Source: Mobula hypostoma (lineage: Eukaryota). From it: DNA of 64,000 bases. Below the pieces are notes generated by a model, which was given only the letters and a program-made list of their open reading frames with translations, was not told the DNA's origin and ran no database searches. Shown piece after piece: positions 52,201 through 60,759 of the stretch. Every line of letters begins with the position of its first letter. Positions within the stretch are counted from its first letter, which is position 1. Both the position numbers and the translations under genes were made by a program. The stretch covers positions 65,846,001-65,910,000 of the forward strand of contig NC_086108.1 of NCBI RefSeq assembly GCF_963921235.1. Reading direction: 5' to 3'.

Positions 52201-54141
52201 TGTTCAAACTTTTCAGATAAAAACCACATTAGAATAGCTTCTTCCTGACAACAGCATTATTTGACCAAGTACAATGTGACAAATTTTGCAGACAGGAACT
52301 TACGTACTGATAAATGATTGCCAGATTTTAAATTTTGAATATTTTAATCATTAACGTGATTAGGTGGAGAGCAGAGACTTACAAAAGGTAAATAGTGTTT
52401 CAGAAATGAATGAAACTTTTTTTTTGAGGTTTTAACCAATAGAACAGTTAAGGGAAAATTATTCTATTGGTTGCAAATGCAGTTTACATATTTGAAATTT
52501 CAGATGATCTTCGATAAGGTGACACACAAGAGGTTACAAAACAAAATTAGAACATGTGGGATTCAAGGCAATGCACAGATGTAAACTGAGGACATTTATT
52601 CCTGCTATTTTCAGAAGAGAACCTGTAGTTTTGGAGGCTATGACTAACAAATGGATTGGTTCTGGAGCCTCAGGTATCCAAAATTTCTTTCAGGAATTTG
52701 GATGAGGAGACCAAGTGCAATAACCAAGTTTACTGAAGATACTAAGGTGAACTGCAGGGTGGGCTGTGAAAAGGATTTTGATAGACTACACCGCGAGCGT
52801 CAAGTGCTGTTTATATTCCGATCAATATATTTTTGACCACCAATGGAATTAAATATTTATGAGATTGGTACAGAAAATGTAAAACTTCTGTACACATTGC
52901 CTAGAAGTAGATATAGACTCCAAAAATTACAATAAAAATAACTATAATTTTGCTTTCAGAAATTGGTTTTAATGAACTTACCATCATCGACTACTACAGA
53001 GCCAAGCAGGAAACAAGAGAAAACTTTGCTTTCACTCTGTTTGGCATGGCGATGGACCAGACGCAAGGTCTTCTCCAACACACGCAGCTTCGGGTTTCTG
53101 TGGAATGGGATGTATTTACTAAACATAGAACTACAATAGTAAAGGCTCCTAACCTTTTCACAAATACATCAGTTCTTAAAAAAATTATGACAGCAATATC
53201 TAATTTTCTAAAGTAAACCACTGCAGACTCTAAAAGGATGTAAATACAAAATACTATAAAGACTAAAACTACTTTATTTGCCAATGAAGGGTCTCTGGCC
53301 ACAACACCAACTGCTTATTCTCCTCCATAGATGCTGCCTGAATTGCTGAACTCCTCCTGCATTGCATGTGCATTTTTCAGTTTACTGCTTTAATCCTTAG
53401 ATCAAAAAAAACTGCCAAGAGTTATGGACTCACCCAGCTCCACTGCAGGTAAAACTCTCCCCACCACTGAAGACATCTTTACGAGACAGTGCCTCAAAAA
53501 GACAACTTCCATCATTAAGGACCCTCAAAATCCGAGCTGAAATGCCTCTCATTACTATCATCAGGGAAGATGGAAAGCAGCCTGACTCAACATTTTAAGA
53601 GCAGCATCTCCACCACCCCCCGCCATCATTTCTGAACATTTCCTGTACACTACCCTTGTTATTCTTTAGATGGCACCATTTCTGTAATGTATACATTTGT
53701 CCTTGCACTGTACTGCTGCCACAAAACAAATTTCACATCATATATCAGTGATAATAAACCTTAGTGTGAAACCAATGTAAAAATTAATTCAAACAGTACA
53801 ATGCCACACAACATCAGCTTGCAACTTGTAAGAAAATAATTGCGAAAATTAAGCCATATACAGGGAAAATAGAATCTGTCATTCCTACCTGTAGTATGCA
53901 AGTTGAAGGCTAACTGCATCACCAAGAGGTGTTGGATCCCATAAAGCTATCTTTGCCTTAGGAAAAGTGAAAGGCATTATTCCATGTTCCAAAGACCTGC
54001 AAAGAACATGAATGCATCTTTGAGGAAATATACATCACATCACAAAAGAAAACATTTTCAGAACACCAGTTGCGGCTCAATATAAATTTGTATTACTTAC
54101 TTTTGGATCCGCTGGCTTTCAGCTTTATATGAAAATTCCAT
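12467..54141 (-). CDS. STIL: STIL (SCL/TAL1-interrupting locus) centriolar assembly protein; spliced CDS of 16 exons, 3921 nt, 1306 aa
   Basis: Manual exon chaining with GT-AG introns and consistent phases. Coding lengths 41,108,116,188,248,84,87,148,110,115,1056,178,232,190,245,775 sum to 3921. Recognisable STIL motifs: [79 protein letters not shown]. Confidence 0.97.
13985..16650. mobile_element. CR1 cluster: plus-strand 3' piece 13985-14416, minus-strand copy 14417-16520, short minus-strand tail 16521-16650
   Basis: CR1 ORF2 motifs ([34 protein letters not shown]). Confidence 0.85.
17385..17629 (-). CDS. STIL: STIL coding exon 15 (GQVNQLI...[16 protein letters not shown]...KVENA)
   Basis: ttttctaaaag acceptor and AG|gtattg donor; 245 nt. 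Confidence 0.92.
18693..18882 (-). CDS. STIL: STIL coding exon 14 (...[12 protein letters not shown]...EQKFYQNLM)
   Basis: ttttcag acceptor and ATG|gtgagt donor; 190 nt. Confidence 0.93.
19568..19748. mobile_element. Inverted pair of Penelope-like terminal repeats (second family) forming a palindrome
   Basis: Arms aaactcctctcaggcttccagccaggtacaggtatcaatttt and aaaatcaatacccgtacccagttggaagctagggaagagttt; degenerate hammerhead-like core near the centre (about 19650). Confidence 0.55.
20074..20305 (-). CDS. STIL: STIL coding exon 13 ([10 protein letters not shown]...[14 protein letters not shown]...)
   Basis: atactag acceptor and AA|gtaaga donor; 232 nt. Confidence 0.93.
21050..23845 (+). mobile_element. 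CR1 fragments: 21050-21605 and 21835-23615 on plus, with an inverted piece at 23616-23845
   Basis: Endonuclease and RT motifs ([20 protein letters not shown]); orientation switches at about 23615. Confidence 0.85.
25002..25208. mobile_element. 207-bp hAT (Charlie-like) MITE with a perfect 8-bp TSD (GCATATAC)
   Basis: TIRs CAGCAGTCCCAGCC and GGTTGGGGACCACTG; TSDs at 24994-25001 and 25209-25216; shares subterminal sequence with 43437-44655. Confidence 0.9.
25324..25501 (-). CDS. STIL: STIL coding exon 12 (IQQLLDTQ...[10 protein letters not shown])
   Basis: atgcag acceptor and G|gtgagc donor; 178 nt. Confidence 0.95.
26097..26235 (-). mobile_element. Penelope-like terminal repeat with a mutated hammerhead core
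   Basis: Homologous to 46115-46250; core reads CTACGGA...AAAACGTC instead of CTGANGA...GAAACGTC. Confidence 0.75.
26243..26714. mobile_element. Palindromic mariner-derived MITE with four TIR copies and TA TSD
   Basis: TA|CGAGGGGTGATTGATAAG...CTTATCAATCACCCCTCC|TA; inner TIR pair at 26410-26568; both arms encode a mariner-like C-terminus ([13 protein letters not shown]). Confidence 0.88.
27161..27323. mobile_element. Isolated terminal repeat of the same Tc1 family as 7408-8990
   Basis: ggtgctggaaagattgtgaacccagtagaattttct...cctaaaactagataaagagaacc matches that element's TIR. Confidence 0.75.
27660..28715 (-). CDS. STIL: STIL coding exon 11, the large exon ([17 protein letters not shown]...[19 protein letters not shown])
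   Basis: ccttag acceptor and CAA|gtaagc donor; 1056 nt open frame overlapping ORF 27591..28580; ends in the first half of the PLK4-binding coiled coil. Confidence 0.96.
29505..29619 (-). CDS. STIL: STIL coding exon 10 with CPAP-binding motif ([25 protein letters not shown])
   Basis: gtttcag acceptor and AAG|gtttgg donor; 115 nt; PRxxPxP motif. Confidence 0.95.
30055..33140 (+). mobile_element. Long decayed CR1 ORF2 with nested small insertions (mini-hAT, Rex tail, Penelope terminal repeat at 32228-32356)
   Basis: [41 protein letters not shown]; many stops and frameshifts. Confidence 0.88.
30452..30524. mobile_element. 73-bp minimal hAT element
   Basis: CAGGGGTTCCCAA...GGTTGCGAACTCATG with degenerate 8-bp TSD tattcgag/tattagaa. 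Confidence 0.6.
33730..34240 (+). mobile_element. Rex1/Babar 3' fragment
   Basis: Degenerate C-terminal motifs ([18 protein letters not shown]) and a ...aataataaa tail. Confidence 0.65.
34270..36960 (-). mobile_element. Decayed Tx1/L1-clade non-LTR retrotransposon ORF2
   Basis: [31 protein letters not shown]-like segment followed by [20 protein letters not shown], and endonuclease IDFLF..YDHCLL. These are L1/Tx1-type motifs, not CR1-type. Confidence 0.8.
37359..37836 (+). mobile_element. Non-autonomous Tc1-like element
   Basis: TA|CACTCAGTGGCTACTTTATT...AAGGTGGCCACT; interior encodes a Tc1-type HTH N-terminus ([28 protein letters not shown]). Confidence 0.78.
40035..40144 (-). CDS. STIL: STIL coding exon 9 ([15 protein letters not shown]...VMGT)
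   Basis: ttttttcag acceptor and TC|gtaagt donor; 110 nt; phases fit both neighbours. Confidence 0.9.
41959..42106 (-). CDS. STIL: STIL coding exon 8 ([29 protein letters not shown]...LDFQLLTS...)
   Basis: ctttaatag acceptor and ACT|gtaagt donor; 148 nt. Confidence 0.95.
42370..43015 (+). mobile_element. Rex1/Babar 3' fragment
   Basis: [31 protein letters not shown] plus a 3' UTR tail. Confidence 0.85.
43437..44655 (+). mobile_element. 1.2-kb non-autonomous hAT (Charlie/Buster-like) element inserted in a CR1 tail
   Basis: TIRs CAGCGGTCCCCAACC and GGTTGGGGACCCCT; TSD tcctacgg/tcctacaa; remnant dimerisation domain ([39 protein letters not shown]); internal CR1 tail at about 44015-44220. Confidence 0.88.
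44841..44927 (-). CDS. STIL: STIL coding exon 7 ([28 protein letters not shown])
   Basis: ttctag acceptor and AG|gtaagg donor; 87 nt. Confidence 0.95.
45283..45366 (-). CDS. STIL: STIL coding exon 6 ([27 protein letters not shown])
   Basis: ttacag acceptor and AT|gtaagt donor; 84 nt; highly conserved STIL motif. Confidence 0.96.
46115..46712 (-). mobile_element. 5'-truncated Penelope-like retroelement: GIY-YIG endonuclease C-terminus, CT-rich spacer and terminal repeat
   Basis: [21 protein letters not shown]...[21 protein letters not shown], typical of the end of a Penelope-like endonuclease domain, followed by a terminal repeat containing a hammerhead core. Confidence 0.88.
46212..46249 (-). 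ncRNA. Minimal type I hammerhead ribozyme motif (Penelope-associated)
   Basis: Minus strand UAGUC-CUGACGA-A-GGGU(CUUG)GCCC-GAAA-CG-UC^GACUA: 5-bp stem I, intact core, stem II, and palindromic ACGU in place of stem III. Confidence 0.75.
47270..48077 (-). mobile_element. Rex1/Babar 3' fragment (RT C-terminus)
   Basis: [57 protein letters not shown]. Confidence 0.88.
49094..49341 (-). CDS. STIL: STIL coding exon 5 ([10 protein letters not shown]...[12 protein letters not shown]...QGTYKF)
   Basis: ttaccag acceptor and GG|gtgagt donor; 248 nt; lies within ORF 49090..49428. Confidence 0.96.
49946..50133 (-). CDS. STIL: STIL coding exon 4 ([16 protein letters not shown]...PGDFLIPC...DFHAAFK)
   Basis: atgcag acceptor and AAG|gtaatt donor; 188 nt; lies within ORF 49928..50158. 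Confidence 0.96.
50540..51585 (-). mobile_element. Rex1/Babar fragments with internal deletions
   Basis: [29 protein letters not shown] motifs. Confidence 0.78.
52982..53097 (-). CDS. STIL: STIL coding exon 3 ([20 protein letters not shown]...[10 protein letters not shown])
   Basis: ccacag acceptor and G|gtaagt donor; 116 nt; conserved N-terminal region. Confidence 0.95.
53405..53762 (+). mobile_element. Rex1/Babar 3' fragment
   Basis: [20 protein letters not shown] and the tail gcactgtactgctgccacaaaacaaatttcac...gataataaac. Confidence 0.7.
53889..53996 (-). CDS. STIL: STIL coding exon 2 ([35 protein letters not shown])
   Basis: ctttgcag acceptor and AG|gtagga donor; 108 nt; STIL N-terminal motif. 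Confidence 0.95.
54101..54141 (-). CDS. STIL: STIL coding exon 1 ([13 protein letters not shown]); full exon spans 54101-54186
   Basis: Acceptor ttttttcag at 54187, ATG at 54141-54139, donor AA|gtaagt at 54100; phase 2 joins the next exon. The start codon is uncertain because the whole exon is open. Confidence 0.8.
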
Positions 54142-54789
54142 TAGATGAGACGGGATGTTTGTCAAACTTATTTTCAATGTTTTATTCTGAAAAAAAGTAA
54201 CAACTTCAAGAATTACAAAATGCTCTCAAATATTTTTGGTTTAAACAGTTGATAAAGTGACATTTTTACTGATATCAACTTTTCAAAACCAAGGAACATC
54301 TACTAAGGTAACAGATGAAAGATGAATACATAAAATATCATAATAATTTTTCTTTACATATTGGTTGGTTTCATTAATGAAGGTATCACTACTTGCTAAG
54401 GTCTACTCCAATCCATCTACTCTTCTCCATATCCTTTCAAAATTATACATTGTTGAAAATTATATACATATTTGTGACTCAGAAAATGTCATGATGTTAA
54501 ACCACAGTCTTGTGTTCCAAAACCAGTAAATGTTGCAATCAACAGATCAGCCAACATTGTTGGAAAGAGAAACAGACTTAATGTTTCAGTTAACTGTTTC
54601 TCCTTTCAGATACTACCTTACCTGCTGAGTGTTACCAAATCTGATTTTCACATTGTTTTCTGTTGACCTGTATGAAAAATATCTGGACAAACTAGTTTCA
54701 TTCCTTATTGTAAGTCCTTAAAAGTCTGTTGTATTCCTTAAAAGTCTATACCCTTTGTTACCAACAAGTTAACATTTTTATTCCCCATG

Positions 54790-56258
54790 CAAGATGGTGC
54801 CGTGCTAGTGGCAGCTCGTTGCAATAGCTCCTGTGCTTGCCGTTTTCATATTACTTCAAGTTATTTTATGTTTTCTTGTGTGTCATTCTGGATTATTGTG
54901 TGCCAGGACCATTTGTGATGGCTACCTTGTGCATGAAGTAAAGGTTGTGTTTATTCCAGATTCCAGCTGATTGAGCGATGCAAACCGACACTGCTGCTGG
55001 AGTACGACCTGAGATCCCGTGGAAACTTGGGGAGGCGACACAGAGGTTGCAGACCCAGAGCGGAAGTTGAGGCTGGGAGGAGGAAACATAGACCTTACAT
55101 TCCCCATGATTGACATGTGATGCGTGGGGTCCTTGAGAAGTAAAATGGATGAGCTTGGTGCACTGATTGAGACCCAGAAGCAATACCAAGAGTGCAGTGT
55201 TTTTGTGCTTAACTAGTGTGACGAGAATACACATAGATTAAGATGTTAGCTGTCTTGTGGTGGCACCAGTGGGATCAGCAGTTGGTCTGCCACCTGTCTT
55301 CAGGAGAAAGAGAGATAAGGAAAACAATGGAGCAGCATTTGGAGATGTTAATGAAGGGACGGAAGGAGAGCTGTCAAGATCGGCTCCCCTTTGAACCCTG
55401 AACTGTTTGAAGTGATGGACAGGCGATACCCCAGCAGGGGGATAAAAAGGGACAGGTTCGCTAAGGCAACACACACACGACACCACAAGGTAACGAGACC
55501 CTGGAAGCGGTGTGCCTCCCACACGTCAGTGGGAGTTTTGGAGGGCTGGTCGCGGGACCAAGCCATAGACGCACAGGGTGGAAAGGTACGATCGGCGGGA
55601 ACCTGGTGTGTGTCCGCCCTTGCCTGGGTGCCAGGTTCACCGCAGAGAAACGATCGTATCTGGAAATGGAGGGGTCACAGTCGGTGACCTCAGAAGACAT
55701 CACAAAGGGCTCGCCCGAAAGCTGACTGCGAAGAATATCGAAGGTCTGTGTGGAACCCGTTTGAATATTCATTCGTTTTTGCTCTGTCTCTCCTTCCCCC
55801 CACTGTCCATCGCCGCGACAGTGATTACTGTGAACTGAAATGAACTCAGTTGAACTGAACTTTGCGTCACTTTGAAACTGGCCATTTACCCCTAGACGAC
55901 GATAGAGCTTGATTGATCCTGTTATCCTAATTCTGTGTACATGTGTGTTTATCATTGCTGAACTGTTGCATTTATTATCCTTTTGATTAGAGTACTGTGT
56001 TGCTTGTTTCTTTAATAAAACTTTCTTAGTTCTAGTAATCCAGACTCCAACTGAGTGATCCATTTCTGCTGGTTTGGCAACCCAGTTACGGGGTACGTAA
56101 CACTAGGAGCTGGCTACATATGCAGTTCCTGGACTGTGGTGCTACCATACCCAGGTTCAATACCGCCTGAGCAGACAAAGCCGTACAGTATTATTATTAG
56201 TTAAATCTGCACATTGCCAAGTATGTTTTTAAATGTTGCTGCTGTAATGAGGGAATTT
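54790..56258 (+). mobile_element. Second bipartite Rex1/Babar derivative, interrupted by a solo LTR
   Basis: 5' end aagatggtgccg; RHRGCR..SKMDELGALIETQKQYQECSVF continues after the LTR as SWLH..., then joins a truncated 3' tail (tgttgctgctgtaatgagggaattt). Confidence 0.65.
55217..56102 (+). mobile_element. 886-bp solo LTR (Gypsy-like) with perfect 4-bp TSD CTAG
   Basis: ctag|TGTGACG...CGTAACA|ctag; TATA-like gataaaa at about 55441; AATAAA at 56014-56019; CpGs retained. Confidence 0.9.
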
Positions 56259-56639
56259 TAGTAAACACAAAACACACAACACACAAACAAAAAACAAAAG
56301 CAATAAATTAGGAATTCGAATGCATCAAAAACAAAAAAAAATTGTTAAGATATAATATTGGACGATTTTGTATTAACATATTAATGTTGCAAATAAGACC
56401 AACTAATTACTGATCTGAGTTCGCATGTAAAGCTATGACAGTTGCTAAATCAGAGACAAGAGTAAACATCAGCTGAGTGTGAACAAAATACCCCTAATGG
56501 ACGCCAGGGGGAGTGAACTGGAGCGAAGGGACTCAGGATAGGATGGATGGTAAAAAAGCAAAGAGAACATGCATGCAGACAGACAGTCAGGAGGGCTGCA
56601 GAGCACAGGACAGAACTGCAACCAGTAAGATGAGTATTA

Positions 56640-59600
56640 GTACACTGGGGATGCAGAATCAAAAACGGTAGCAAATGCTGCCCTCAAAGTGTTATATCTC
56701 AATGCACAGAGTATAAGAAATAAGGTGGATGACCTTGTTGCACTATTACAGATTTTGTGGCCATCACTAAATCATGACTAAAGGATGGTTGTAGTTGGGA
56801 GCTGAATGTTAAGGTTAGACATTGTATTGGAGATATTGGAAGGTAGGCAGATGAGGTGGCATGGCTCTGCTGGTGCGAACAAAAAATGGCATCAAATCAG
56901 TAGAAAGATGTGGCATAGGATCAGAAGATTTTGAATCCTTGTGGGTTGAGTTAAGAAACTGCAAGGGTAAAAGGACCCTGACGGCAGTTACAAAAGGAAA
57001 TGGAAAGTCGTATCAAAAGGGCAATGTTATGATAGTCATGGGAGATTTCGACATGCAGGTCAATTGGGAAAGTCAGGTTGGCAATGGATCTCAAGAGACT
57101 GAGTTTCTTGAACGCCTACGAGATGGCTTTTTAGGGCAGTTTGTTGTTGAGCCTGCTAGGCGATTAACTATACTTGATTGGGTGTTATGTAATGAACCAG
57201 AGGTGATTAGGGAGCTTAAGGTAGAAGAACCCTTAGGAGATACTGATCATAATATGATTAAGTTTCTTTTAACTTGAGAGAGAAAGTAACGTCTGACATA
57301 GCAGCATCTCAGTGGAGTAAAGGAAATTACAGTGGTACGAGAGGAGTTGGCCAAAGTCAATTAGAAAGAGATGCTGGCAGGGATGATGGTAGAACAGCAA
57401 CGACTTGAGTTTCTGGGGAAAGTGAGGAAGGTGCAGGATAGGTGTATTCAAAAGAGAGAAACACTCAAATGGCAAAAATTGTACAACCATGGCTGACAAG
57501 GAAAGTCAAACCTAATGTGAAAGGAAAAGGGAGGGCATACAACAATGCAAAAATTAGAGGTAAGACAGAGGATTGGGAAACTTTAAAAAACCTACAGAGA
57601 GCAACTAAAAATCATTAGGAGGGAAAAAATGAAATATGAAAGCAAGCTAGCAAAGAATATCAAAGAGAATAGTAAAAGCTTTTTCAAGTATGTAAAAAAT
57701 AAAAGAGAGATGAGAGTAGATATAGGACTGCTAGAAAATGAGGCCAGAGAAATAATAACAGGGGTCAAGGAGATGGCAGATGAACTATGAGTATTTTGCA
57801 TCAGTCTTCACGGTGGAAGACACTAGCAGTGCGTTAAATGTTGACGGGTGTGAAGGAAGAGAAGTAAGTACAGTTACTGTTACAAGGGAGAAGGTGCTCA
57901 AAAAGCTGAAAGACCTAAGGGTACATAAGTCACCCAGACCAGATGAACTGCACCCTAGGGTTCTGAAAGAGGTAGTGGCAGAAATTGTGGACGCATTAAT
58001 AATGATCTTTCAAAAATCATTGGACTCTGGCATGGTGCAAGATGAATGGAAAATTGCAAATGTCACTCCACTCTAAGAAAAGAGGAAGGCAGTAGAAAGG
58101 AAATTATAGACTAATTAGCCTGACCTCAATGGTTGGGAAGATGTTGGTCATTTGTTAAGGATGAGGCTTTGGAGTACTCGGTGACACAGGACAAAGTCAG
58201 CACAGTTTCCTTCAAGGAAAATCTTGCCTGATAACCTGTTGGAATTCTTTGAGAAGTTTACAAGTAGGATAGATAAAGGATGTAGTGGATGTTGTATATT
58301 TGGACTTTCAGAAGGCTTTCAACAAGGTGCCACACATGAGGCTGCTTACTAAGTTAAGAGCCTATGGTATTACAGGAAAGTTACTGGCGTGGTTAGAGCA
58401 TTGGCTGACTGGTGGGAGGCAGCAAGAGCGAATAAACAGATCCTTTTCTGGTTGGCTGCCAGCGTCTCGTGGTGTGCGGCAGGGCTCAGTATTGGGAACG
58501 CGTCTTTTTATGATGTACATAAATGATTTAGATAATGTAATAGATGGCTTTGTTGCCAAGTTTGCAGATGATACAAAGATTGGTGGAGGGGGCAGGTAGT
58601 GTTGAGGAAACAGGTAGGCTGCAGAAGGACTTAGATTGGGAGAATAGTCAAGAGAGTGGTAAATGAAATATGGTGTTAGAGAATGCACGGTCATGCACTT
58701 TGGTAGAAGAAATAGACGTGCAGACTATTTTCTAAATGTGGAGAAAATCCAAAACTCTGAGAAGTAAAGGGACTTGGGAGTCCTTGTACAGAACACCCCA
58801 AAGGTTAACTTGCAGGTAGAGTTGGTGGTGAGGAAGGCAAATGCAATGTTTGCCTTCATTCCAAGAGATGTGGAGTACAACAGCAGGGATGTGACACTGA
58901 GGCTTTATAAGGCACTGGTGAGGCCTCACCTTCAGTATTGTGGACAGCTTTGGGCTCCTCATCTGAGAAAAGATGTGCTGGGAAAGGAGAGGATTCAGAG
59001 GAGGTTCACAAGGATGATTCTGGAAATGAAAGGGTTATAAGACCATAAGATATAGGAACAGAAGTAGGCCATTCGGCCCATCGAGTCTGCTGCACTATTC
59101 AATCATGGGCTGATCCAATTCTTCCAGTCATCCCCACTCCCCTGCTTTTACCCCATACCCTTGATGCCCTGGCTAATCAAGAACCTATCTCTGCCTTAAA
59201 TACACACAATGACTTGGCCTCCACTGCTGCTCATGCAAAAAAATTCTACAGATTTACCACCCTCTGACTAAAGTAATTTCTCTGCATCTCAGTTCTAAAA
59301 GAACGTCCTTCAGTCATGAAGTTATGCCCTCTTGTCCTAGAAACTCCTACCATGGGAAATAACGTTGCCATATCTAACCTGTTCAGGCCTTTTAACATTC
59401 TGAATGTTTCTACGAGATCCCCCCTCATTCTCTTGAACTCCAGAGAATACAGCCCAAGAGCTGCCAGACATTCCTCATACAGTAACCCTTTCATTCCTGG
59501 AATCATTCTCGTGAATCTTCTCTGAACTCTCTCCAATGTTAGTATATCCTTTCTAAAATAAGGAGCCCAAAACTGCACACAATACTCCAAGTGTGGTCTC

Positions 59601-60381
59601 ACAAGTGCCTTATAGAGCCTCAACATCATATCCCTGCTCTTATATTCTATACCTCTAGAAACGAATGCCAACATTGCATTCAACTTCTTCACAACCGACT
59701 CAACCTGGAGGTTAACCTTCAGGGTATCTTGCACAAGGACTCCCAAGTCCTTTTGCATCTCTGCATTTTGAATTCTCTCCCCATCTAAATAATAGTCTGC
59801 CTGTTTATTTCTTCCACCAAAGTGCATGACCATACACTTTCCAACATTGTATTTCATTTGCCACTTCTTTGCCCATTCCCCTAAACTATCTAGGTCTCTC
59901 TGCAGGCTCTCTTCATATGAGGAACATTTAATAGCTCTGGGTCTGTACTCGCTGGAATTTAGAAGGATGGAGGGGTGGGGGGGGGGGGAAGATCTCATTG
60001 AAACCTTTCAAATGTTGAAAGGCCTAGACAGAGTAGATGTGGAAAAGATGTTTCCCATGGTAGGGGAGTCCAAGACAAGATGGCACATCCTCAGGATAGA
60101 AGGGCGTCCATTTCAAACAGAGATGTGGAGAAATTTCTTTGGCCAGAGAGTGATGAATTTGTGGAATTTATTACCACAGGCAGCTACAGAGGCCACATCA
60201 TTGGGTGTTTTTAAACGCAGAGCTTGATAGGTTCTTGATTGAACACGGAATCAAAGGTTATGGGGAGAAGGCTGGAGAGTGGGACTGAGGAGGGGGAAAA
60301 AGATCCAATATGATTGAATGGCAGAATAGACTCAATGGGTCAAATAGCCTAATTCTACTCCTATGTCTTACTGTCTTATGT
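56640..60381 (+). mobile_element. Near-complete decayed CR1 ORF2 with an antisense CR1 3' fragment nested at about 59037-59911
   Basis: Endonuclease through RT to 3' tail motifs; host text 'atgaaagggttat|catatgaggaac' resumes after the insert. Confidence 0.9.
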
Positions 60382-60759
60382 AATATTTGTTAGAGTGAAG
60401 ACAGTGTGGCATGGGAATACCATTCTGTAATAACATAGCTAATTCCAGCGGTGCAATTATGAAATTATGAAGACATCAGTAGGTCATTTGACAAGTTTCA
60501 GTGTGACGGGTTGGTCCAAAAGGTTACAGCACATGGAATCCAAGGCATTCCAGTTTCTAGAGGAATAGGTCATTCTGTGTGAACATTACTTCCTGTATGT
60601 AAGCTGCTTTTGTCCATCATTTCCTATACAGGTTAATTTGGATTTTGTTTTGAAGCACATGTGGAAAGACATCCACTCTTTATTTGCCCTTTTCACAAGT
60701 AAGATATCATTAAAAATCTTGAAGGAAGCTGTCGTCTCAGGTAACTTCTGAGATGTTTA

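Noticed and set aside
13242..54100. Intronic snoRNA, tRNA or miRNA genes in STIL
   Set aside because: No convincing C/D or H/ACA box arrangement or cloverleaf was seen by eye. A covariance-model scan would be needed to exclude them.
55238..56063. Several overlapping ORFs up to 200 aa, and possible STIL exon 1 or CpG-island promoter
   Set aside because: All lie inside a solo LTR bounded by TG..CA and a perfect TSD; the GC content explains the ORFs.
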